DNA of 24,786 nt from a virus (Duplodnaviria > Caudoviricetes): the IMG/VR virus record IMGVR_UViG_3300004770_000107, positions 1 to 24,786 of that record. The stretch is one strand, 5' to 3'. Position numbers and translations under genes: made by a program. This document shows positions 18,082-24,786 of this stretch, piece by piece. Each line of letters opens with the position of its first letter. Positions within the stretch are counted from its first letter, which is position 1. The notes under the pieces are model-generated. The model saw only the letters and a program-made list of their open reading frames with translations, was not told the origin of the DNA and did no database searches.

Positions 18082-18731
18082 TACGCTACTCCTCCGCTGG
18101 TATCAGTACCAGCCTTGACGCCAGTATGTTTGTGAGACAAGTATGGTTGTCCATTAATAATAAGTGTTCCATTGATGTTGACGTTATTGCCAGACAAAAC
18201 AATTGATGTGGAACCTTGCACCAAACTGACTTCGGTATCAGTAATCGTCACGACAGAATTGCCTCTGGTGGAAACGATCTCGGTATCACTAATTGTTACT
18301 ACAGAATCACTATGAGCAGAGCTGATGACAACGGCTGTAGAGTCGATGGATGACCAGCTAATATTGCTGATGGGCATGAACACCAAAGCACCCAAATTGC
18401 TGGGCGTGTTCAATGGAGCCAATCCCGATCCAAGCCCAGAAATGCCACCCAACCTGGTGCTGGCCGACAAAGCAATACCTGTATCGCCAACCTGAATTGG
18501 AATCCGAACGTATTGAGAAATAGCCACAGGCATTGTGACCTGCGGAATGGTGTACCCCAAACTTTGATCAACTTGGAAGGCAACCGTGACAGCCGTGCCG
18601 TTATGCAAAACAGCAACCACTGAACAAGGCAATACTTGACCTTGCTGCTGTAAATTGTCCTGAACCTTTCGCTGGGCGAAAGTATTCATTGTTTGAGCAA
18701 AAGGGGTCTTGGTTACATTACCGCCACTCAT
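18081..18731 (-). CDS. Baseplate central spike (gpV/gp45-like)
   Basis: OB-fold-like N-terminus (PCSVVAV...RIPIQVGDTG), beta-helix repeats, C-terminal HxH metal-binding tip (LSHKHTGV). Confidence 0.85.
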   Translation of the reverse strand: MSGGNVTKTPFAQTMNTFAQRKVQDNLQQQGQVLPCSVVAVLHNGTAVTVAFQVDQSLGYTIPQVTMPVAISQYVRIPIQVGDTGIALSASTRLGGISGLGSGLAPLNTPSNLGALVFMPISNISWSSIDSTAVVISSAHSDSVVTISDTEIVSTRGNSVVTITDTEVSLVQGSTSIVLSGNNVNINGTLIINGQPYLSHKHTGVKAGTDTSGGVA

Positions 18732-18732
18732 C

Positions 18733-19728
18733 TCAAGCTCCAGTTAAGACGTTAACAACCGTCTTCCAGCTATCACCATCAAGTTGACGCAAATTGCCCA
18801 CATGACGAATTTGGATGATGGTCCCAGTACCCGTAAAGGCAGAATCATTTCTAAATGGCGAGAATGATGCTTGGGTGCTAGATGCAATAAATTTAGGCAA
18901 ATTGACCACTTGGCCCAAAGACAGATCATGCCTTGCCACCAAATCAATTTGAACCGTAGCAATGTCAATCCATGTCGGTTGAGACATAAAATCATTTAAG
19001 TTCAATGTGATCGGCGCAGAACTAACAGCAGCTCCCGTGCTGGTGCTGGTACTAGCGCCAGCGTTGCTGTTATCAGTCACCGTGATCACATTATTTTGAA
19101 CAGACAACCTAACGCCAGCATAACCTTGAGTTTTGATGATGTTCTTAGAAGTCTGAAACAAATAATTGCCGAACTGGTTCAAGTCGGCATAAAACCCATT
19201 TTGGTCTTCGGTATAAACCAACTCTGAACTGATGTTGATGCTCTGTTGATAAGTTGGATAAGCTGTGGATAAAGACTGGGCTATGGCCTTGGACAACTGG
19301 GTATTCTTGGGCCAATTAAAACTTAAGTTAACTGGATTGGCCGGAGTTCCAGTCGCTGGCGCAATGATCAAATCCAAGGTCAAAAGCGTACCCTGCCAAT
19401 TGCCAAAAGCCTGAAACACCGTGCCAGACAGCACCAATCCGGCTTGACTTGGATTTGCCAATGGCAGACCAGCCGTCAAACCAATTTCAAGCGTAATGTT
19501 TTGATTTGTAAAGTTGGCCGATTGAGAAATGTCAGCAAAAGGAATTCCCCAAACCCGAACATAAGAGTTACCCATTGGGGCGTCATAAGACGCCACGGGC
19601 AAATCAAATTCAATGTTTAAAGCAGCACCATTATTAGTGCCGCTTGGCGTTCCATTTGAGGTGCTGGTGTATTGTTTGATCAATGCCCCAGATGCGGCAT
19701 CTGTGATCATTAGGTTGTAATACCGCAT
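18733..19728 (-). CDS. Baseplate hub protein
   Basis: 331 aa immediately upstream of the spike; IIQIRHVGNLRQLDGDSWKT C-terminal motif typical of hub proteins. Confidence 0.68.
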   Translation of the reverse strand: MRYYNLMITDAASGALIKQYTSTSNGTPSGTNNGAALNIEFDLPVASYDAPMGNSYVRVWGIPFADISQSANFTNQNITLEIGLTAGLPLANPSQAGLVLSGTVFQAFGNWQGTLLTLDLIIAPATGTPANPVNLSFNWPKNTQLSKAIAQSLSTAYPTYQQSINISSELVYTEDQNGFYADLNQFGNYLFQTSKNIIKTQGYAGVRLSVQNNVITVTDNSNAGASTSTSTGAAVSSAPITLNLNDFMSQPTWIDIATVQIDLVARHDLSLGQVVNLPKFIASSTQASFSPFRNDSAFTGTGTIIQIRHVGNLRQLDGDSWKTVVNVLTGA

Positions 19729-19994
19729 CAGCCCACCTCAAAATTCTGTGTGCTGGCCCTAAAAACAATTGAAGTTTTAAAATATCCTGCTGCCAAATTA
19801 ATGTTGTAATCGTCAGGTGAAGCAATCAATGGAACATTGAATACAACATTTCCCTGCAACGTGTAGCAAGTCAAGTAATACCGTTGACCAAACAAATTCC
19901 AAGTGACAATCAGCGTATAGGTCGCATTGTCCAAATTCGCTGAAAATTGGAAATTCTGATTTGGTCTTTCAACAAAGGTTACATAAGTAGTCAT
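19728..19994 (-). CDS. Small baseplate (plug-like) protein
   Basis: 88 aa; FQFSANLDNATYTLIVTWNLFGQRYYL; position between TMP-adjacent gene and hub. Confidence 0.6.
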   Translation of the reverse strand: MTTYVTFVERPNQNFQFSANLDNATYTLIVTWNLFGQRYYLTCYTLQGNVVFNVPLIASPDDYNINLAAGYFKTSIVFRASTQNFEVG

Positions 19995-20599
19995 TATTGC
20001 GCTCCAGAGTATGCTGGCTGACCAATGACTTTAAATCCTTGAGTAACCTTGTTCATGAACGCTGTTTGAGTCGTAGCCGCTTGTTCTTCAGTAATCAAAG
20101 GCTGAACAAAATCCCACTGATACATCAACTGGACTTGTTTGTTTTCAGCGCCAGAAACATCCTTCAATGATGTCAAAAGGCATCCAGAATAAACAAAAGC
20201 AGGCGTATATACACTGAACCAACCGCCCTGCAAGATGTGATTGTCCAAAGTGCTTTTAAGCGAAGAAATGATGGACAGCTTGTTGTAGTAATTATTCCCA
20301 GCAACATTTTGTGCGGGACATTGCATCAACAGGCTGATGGAAATAGGCTGCTGGACCACGGCATTGGCCGCAGTTGTCAGAGCTGCCAATGGATATTGAG
20401 CAACACCCCAAGACTCAATGGTCCCACCAGGTAATGGTTTGAAGTGAGCAAAATAGTCATTGGGATTATTTGGCGTCACACCATTTTGTAAGATTTGAGT
20501 AATTGGTATGGGTTCGCCGCTGCCAGCAACTCCACCCACCAAGAAAATTGGACTGAGTTCATAGAGCTGCTGAAAAGTGCTTAAGCCTGTCGTAACCAT
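19994..20599 (-). CDS. Tail tube initiator/baseplate protein (putative)
   Basis: Directly after the TMP with a TAATG overlap; TPAFVYSGCLLTSLKD...WDFVQPL motif. Confidence 0.55.
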   Translation of the reverse strand: MVTTGLSTFQQLYELSPIFLVGGVAGSGEPIPITQILQNGVTPNNPNDYFAHFKPLPGGTIESWGVAQYPLAALTTAANAVVQQPISISLLMQCPAQNVAGNNYYNKLSIISSLKSTLDNHILQGGWFSVYTPAFVYSGCLLTSLKDVSGAENKQVQLMYQWDFVQPLITEEQAATTQTAFMNKVTQGFKVIGQPAYSGAQ

Positions 20600-22248
20600 T
20601 ATGAAGCTCCCATCGCACTTGCAGAGACAACTGCGCTGCCGCCTGTGTTATTTTGAATCATCAATTTAACTCCCTCAGGCGTATATTTATTCTTTGTTCC
20701 CTCTTGCTGCGCCATTGCAACCATCAATTTGGACAGCACAGTTGGATCATTCAAATTCAAATGCTCAGTCGAGGAGAACCCTGTTTTTTTGGCAACATTG
20801 GCAATATAAGCAGCCGTATTGTTTTCGCTGCTGGGTGCCCATTTGGAAATGATGCCTTGAAGGGTGTCATTATGTCTTTGGCCGTACAACTGAAGCTGAT
20901 GGGCCATAGCCCTAAAGCCCTCTTCAGTAGAACCAAACTGCTGGAACCCTCTGCCGCCAACATTTCTCAAATTGCCTGGGTTATTGCGCCTGTCAGCAGC
21001 AGTACCAGTACCTGGCGCTCCACCAGCCGATTGACCGCTAACATTGGCCGCATTGGTCTGAGGCGTGTCTTTTGATGGTGATGAGAACCATTGGCTAAAT
21101 GGAATGGATAACTTATCAACGATGAACTTTAGCACTTGGAATGCTTCGGTAAATGCCTTGGTTACAAATCCCAATACATCAGCCAAAGCACCCATAGACC
21201 CCATCAATGCCTTACCTGCCGCACTGGCCTCTTGAATGGCTTGATAGAGATCGGTCCAAGATTTCAAGGAATCAGGGTTGATTCGGTTGAATGCACCTTG
21301 TTGCTGGCTGCTGATAATCGAGGATTCCAGCTCAGACTTGCTCATTGTGCCAATTCGGCGGCGCTCATCTTCGCTGACCAATTTGTCAATGCCAAATGCT
21401 TGGGCATACTGCAAACTAGGATTTTCTTGATAGCGGCGTTGAATGGCTCTCAACACATCTGGAGCCAACTGATCCGCCGATCTATTCTGTACTTGCGCCC
21501 CAGTCAGCCCTGTCAGTGCTTGCAGTTGACCCCGTTGTGCAAGGTTCAACTGCATATTGGCAATGCCTTGCAGAGTGCCACTAGGATCGTTCAAGAACCG
21601 TTCAAATGATGGGCCAAATGACAAGAAGTTGCCAGCGGCCACACCAGCGCCACCAGACTGCTTTCTCAATGCAGCCAATGGACCAGCAGACTCAAATCCA
21701 GCAATTGCCAGTGCTGCCGTACCCAGGGCAGCACCAACGGTACTCATTCCAACATCTTTGACCTTGGACGCAAAGTCATAAAAGCTAACCAAGTTATCGC
21801 CCAAAACCTTTTTAAACAGGTCTTTTTTCTGACGGGCAATCTTTTCTTCTTCCGATTGCTCTTGGTTAATTCGCTTTTTGTTGGCAGCTTCTAAGTTCTT
21901 CTTTGAAGTCTCTAGGCGTTTTTGCTCGGCTTTGACTTCAGCATCCTGCATTTTTTGCAGGTTACGCAACTGACGCTGAAAATCCTTCTGCGCTTTTGCT
22001 TCATTGATCTTGTTGATCTTGTCTGCTGCACGTTGCTCGGCAGACACTTTGGCATTTGCAGACTTCTCAGCAGCCTTTTCTACAGCAGATGTAGCTGTAT
22101 CAACAGCTTTTGCCGCAGCGTCACCGACAGCTTTGAAGCTGCTAGAGAAGTTATCAACAACCTTTTTGAACTTATCAAATGATGCTTGGAACGCCTTAAA
22201 GGCATCATCATTGACATCAATCGTGATAATGGGTGTGGTGTTTGCCAT
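20599..22248 (-). CDS. Tape measure protein with C-terminal lysozyme-like domain
   Basis: Long A/K/E/Q-rich helical region; C-terminal RRNNPGNLR...F...EEG...TLQGIISKWAPSSENNTAAYI...MAQQE; position after the chaperone. Confidence 0.8.
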   Translation of the reverse strand: MANTTPIITIDVNDDAFKAFQASFDKFKKVVDNFSSSFKAVGDAAAKAVDTATSAVEKAAEKSANAKVSAEQRAADKINKINEAKAQKDFQRQLRNLQKMQDAEVKAEQKRLETSKKNLEAANKKRINQEQSEEEKIARQKKDLFKKVLGDNLVSFYDFASKVKDVGMSTVGAALGTAALAIAGFESAGPLAALRKQSGGAGVAAGNFLSFGPSFERFLNDPSGTLQGIANMQLNLAQRGQLQALTGLTGAQVQNRSADQLAPDVLRAIQRRYQENPSLQYAQAFGIDKLVSEDERRRIGTMSKSELESSIISSQQQGAFNRINPDSLKSWTDLYQAIQEASAAGKALMGSMGALADVLGFVTKAFTEAFQVLKFIVDKLSIPFSQWFSSPSKDTPQTNAANVSGQSAGGAPGTGTAADRRNNPGNLRNVGGRGFQQFGSTEEGFRAMAHQLQLYGQRHNDTLQGIISKWAPSSENNTAAYIANVAKKTGFSSTEHLNLNDPTVLSKLMVAMAQQEGTKNKYTPEGVKLMIQNNTGGSAVVSASAMGAS

Positions 22249-22273
22249 ATCTTGATTTTAGGGGTCATCGCTG

Positions 22274-22570
22274 TTAAATGAAAGCCCTAGATTTCAATGC
22301 GCTGATAAGATGCCTTTGCCTAAATTCATGGACATCCATCCACTCACCACCGTTCTCCGACATAAAGTCTTTGAACCCCTCATCTGTTAAGTAACTGAGG
22401 GCACACGCGATGATGTTGTCGTCACCAAAATCTCTTCCTCGGTCAATGTCGGCAATCCATTTTTGAATTCCGTAAAATTGGACGAAGTAAGTTCCCAGCT
22501 CCTTAAAGCTGACGCCATGTCCAAGAAACCCTGCGCCATGCTTTTCGGAGAAACAAAAGTAATTGCCGTA
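22274..22570 (-). CDS. -1 frame extension of the tail assembly chaperone (GT-type product, about 233 aa in total)
   Basis: Hand translation: the -1 frame is open for 98 codons from the T8 run to TAA at 22274-22276 (YGNYFCFS...DDNIIACALSYLTDEGFKDFMSENGGEWMDVHEFRQRHLISALKSRAFI*), filling the gap before the TMP. Confidence 0.6.
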   Translation of the reverse strand, partial: YGNYFCFSEKHGAGFLGHGVSFKELGTYFVQFYGIQKWIADIDRGRDFGDDNIIACALSYLTDEGFKDFMSENGGEWMDVHEFRQRHLISALKSRAFI

Positions 22571-22974
22571 AAAAAAATGAGAGCAGAAAGCACCTCGCTT
22601 TCTGCATCCTCATCCAAGATGCCACGCTTCACAGCAATATCCATCGGCAAGGATTCCCAACCTTTATTGCCAATAAACGCCACATTGCTTAAACGCACAA
22701 TCTCATTAATTAAACCGCTCTTAACCGTGTCCCATGTTCCTTTGGCTCTGGCAGACTTCTTTAAAGCAGCATAGGCCAATTGTGGAGCCGATAGTGCCAT
22801 GTGGGCACTACTGCTCTCACCAAATGATTTTGTGAAGACTTCGCCCAGTTCTTCATAGAATGTCTCAAAGACATCACGACTGACTGGAACCGAATGAATG
22901 CGAATTGGCCCAATAGATACTTCGGTAGACACTACCAAGTTCAGGCGCTTATTGATTAAAATCTTAGAAGTCAT
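22387..22974 (-). CDS. Tail assembly chaperone (G-type)
   Basis: Between tube and TMP; GAGG RBS; contains a slippery sequence. Confidence 0.72.
   Translation of the reverse strand: MTSKILINKRLNLVVSTEVSIGPIRIHSVPVSRDVFETFYEELGEVFTKSFGESSSAHMALSAPQLAYAALKKSARAKGTWDTVKSGLINEIVRLSNVAFIGNKGWESLPMDIAVKRGILDEDAESEVLSALIFFTAITFVSPKSMAQGFLDMASALRSWELTSSNFTEFKNGLPTLTEEEILVTTTSSRVPSVT
22570..22577 (-). promoter_or_regulatory. Candidate -1 ribosomal frameshift site T TTT TTT
   Basis: Minus strand CTC ATT TTT TTT ACG: an in-frame X XXY YYZ heptamer. Confidence 0.55.
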
Positions 22975-23000
22975 GCGACACCTCTGTTGTCAATTGATTA

Positions 23001-23036
23001 GAAACCCCAAAAAGCCTGACCGCTTTCTGGGGTTTC
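23001..23036 (-). promoter_or_regulatory. 15-bp stem-loop between tail tube and chaperone genes
   Basis: mRNA sense GAAACCCCAGAAAGC-GGTCAG-GCTTTTTGGGGTTTC: fully paired with one G-U wobble; weak U-tail. Confidence 0.7.
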
Positions 23037-23048
23037 GCCATTATAGGC

Positions 23049-23495
23049 TTAAGAGTCTGCGAACAGATCGCTATTGATGTTGTAGACGCCACGCAGACGA
23101 ACAATCAGGCCAGCCTGGTTGCCGTCAAAAGTGATTTCTTGCAAGCTCATCAAAATGCAGTTTTCGAGTTGGAAGTTATCCAAAGCAGTCGAGTCACCAA
23201 TGATATTCACAGAACCCATTGTCGTATTAATTTCAATTTGGTTCTTGAACGCATTAGCCAAATCCTGAGTACGCAGCAAGTGGATGGTTACTGTGCCATA
23301 TGTATAGGGTTCGGGTGAGGTGACAGCGCCAGTCAAAGTGCCAATCAGCAAAGAGGTATCGCCATCAAAACTGATGGAAATAGCTTCTTTAGCCAAATAG
23401 GCAGATGTAACTTGCAAATCGGGGTAATCGGCAAATACCACCGATCCCCGCAGTCTATTAAGCGTACCTTGTACGACTTGTGGATTTGATGCCAT
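23049..23495 (-). CDS. Tail tube protein (putative)
   Basis: 148 aa beta-rich protein directly after the sheath; strong AGGAG RBS. Confidence 0.72.
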   Translation of the reverse strand: MASNPQVVQGTLNRLRGSVVFADYPDLQVTSAYLAKEAISISFDGDTSLLIGTLTGAVTSPEPYTYGTVTIHLLRTQDLANAFKNQIEINTTMGSVNIIGDSTALDNFQLENCILMSLQEITFDGNQAGLIVRLRGVYNINSDLFADS

Positions 23496-23507
23496 TTCTT
23501 ATTCTCC

Positions 23508-24786
23508 TTAAGCGGGGATGTTCGAGGCGGTGAGATAGATCGTGATCGACTCGAACCCACGCAATGGAACAAAAGTGCAAGACAAACCGTTATAAGTACC
23601 AGTGGAATAATCGCCTGGGTGCTGTTTAACGTATGTGCTAAATGGAACTGCAACAACTTTGGCGGGAGACAAGATCAAGCCAAAGCTGATGCCATTGTTG
23701 ACAGTAGCTTGAGCAACCTTTTGCAAAGTATTGATACCAGCTTGGTTGTAATACAAAGGATTGGTAGGACTATTGGAGCCGTTGATCACAGCAGCAGCCA
23801 AAAACTCGGCCACATTAATAGCTGTCCAGTCCACAGAGTACCAGTAGTTCCAAGGATTCACATCCATTGTGGTTCCCCACAGAACCAACGTATTGCTAAT
23901 ACCACCTTGAGCGCCAGTACTCACCCAGTTAACGCCAGCAGCCTTCAGTGTAGTCTGCAAGGAGTTGGTCAACACATAAGGCGTTACACCATACAGATAG
24001 CTAAATGCCAAAGGCGAAGCCAGATTAGATGCGCTGGGGTTATAAGCCAAAGTAGCTTGGAATACCGCAGCAGCACTAAATTCAGTGCTTGGAGCCGAAG
24101 GGCTTTGCAACATCGCAAAAACAGACTTGATATTAATCCAGTTTGAGTAAGTCGCCGTGGTCGTGGTAACAAAGAAGTAAGTTTGCGAAGTTGTATTTGA
24201 GTACTGCTTGGTAAGAGTCGGAGCTGTTGTTTCAGTGTCCCAATTCGAGGGGAACAGATAGCTATAAAACTTAATGCTGGGGTTTTGCAAATAAGTTGAC
24301 AGAGACGATACGCCAGCAGCCGTACCACCTGTACCCAATTCTAAAACATAAACGCCGTTATTTCCGCCTTGGCCGAAATAAGTGGTTGCCATTGCGGTCA
24401 GCATGGCGACATCGGCCAAAATAAATGTACCCAGATTTGTTTCCGAACCAGGGTTACTTGCCAAAGGATAAGTAAACTGAGTCGTTGTAACACCAGTACA
24501 AGCGAATGTGCCGTCATAACCGCTTGGCGCAGCGCCAGCGATTGTTCCTTGAACAACTTGACCAGTAGGGATTGTGTGAGCAGAAACCGTATTAACGGTC
24601 ACAACCCCAGCAGACCAGCTAATGCTGGCAATATTAATTGGCGTCTTCAAGATGGCAGTCAAATCGCTGATTTGAGTCAGCAATTGTGTACCGCCATTTG
24701 CCAAGGTGGTTGCCCCTTGAGAGATCAACGCACCAGTTTGTTGGAGCATAGAGGGGGCTGACGCCACCTGCTGGCTCACCGATACG
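23508..24786 (-). CDS. Tail sheath protein, 5' end beyond the window
   Basis: Frame stays open upstream of GTG 24779 to the window edge; sheath-like C-terminus (YWYSVDW...PLYYNQAGINTLQ...NGISFGLI); precedes the tube gene. Confidence 0.78.
   Translation of the reverse strand, partial: VSVSQQVASAPSMLQQTGALISQGATTLANGGTQLLTQISDLTAILKTPINIASISWSAGVVTVNTVSAHTIPTGQVVQGTIAGAAPSGYDGTFACTGVTTTQFTYPLASNPGSETNLGTFILADVAMLTAMATTYFGQGGNNGVYVLELGTGGTAAGVSSLSTYLQNPSIKFYSYLFPSNWDTETTAPTLTKQYSNTTSQTYFFVTTTTATYSNWINIKSVFAMLQSPSAPSTEFSAAAVFQATLAYNPSASNLASPLAFSYLYGVTPYVLTNSLQTTLKAAGVNWVSTGAQGGISNTLVLWGTTMDVNPWNYWYSVDWTAINVAEFLAAAVINGSNSPTNPLYYNQAGINTLQKVAQATVNNGISFGLILSPAKVVAVPFSTYVKQHPGDYSTGTYNGLSCTFVPLRGFESITIYLTASNIPA

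Larger units (their letters stand above)
1..24786 (-). mobile_element. Tail/baseplate/fibre/lysis module of a contractile-tailed phage or prophage infecting a Gram-negative host
   Basis: Continuous co-oriented genes with abutting or overlapping junctions in canonical sheath-tube-chaperone-TMP-baseplate-fibre-lysis order. No integrase or host genes in the window, so phage versus prophage cannot be decided. Confidence 0.93.

Noticed and set aside
20653-24761. Plus-strand ORFs of 100-175 aa opposite TMP, chaperone and sheath genes
   Set aside because: Antisense shadows of well-supported genes with no recognisable motifs.
1-24786. Tailocin or extracellular contractile injection system instead of a phage
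   Set aside because: No AAA+ ATPase, toxin or regulator genes are visible and the gene set is phage-like; head genes would lie beyond the right edge, so this cannot be fully excluded.

Overview
The whole window is the late-gene arm of a tailed phage (or prophage) with a contractile, myovirus-type tail. Nearly all genes are tightly packed on the minus strand and read from right to left. The order is: tail sheath (5'-truncated), tail tube, tail assembly chaperone with a probable -1 frameshift, a short tape measure with a C-terminal lysozyme-like domain, seven baseplate genes, and three fibre genes sharing one N-terminal anchor domain. One fibre has a triplicated module and an S74-type chaperone; another is a long Gly-Pro-Thr collagen. 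These are followed by an AT-rich beta-propeller adhesin, a fibre chaperone, a methyltransferase-GT2 glycosyltransferase-TPR fusion, and an expanded lysis cassette (membrane proteins, a Cys-rich lipoprotein, embedded Rz/Rz1 spanins, GH19 endolysin) closed by a bidirectional terminator. The spanins imply a Gram-negative host. The most interesting candidate system is a baseplate-anchored, Thr-rich collagen fibre encoded in the same operon as a MTase-GT2-TPR enzyme, echoing the BclA/glycosyltransferase pairing of Bacillus/Clostridium spores and suggesting a phage-built glycosylated (possibly methyl-capped) virion fibre. All family assignments come from motif recognition and gene order; no database searches were run.
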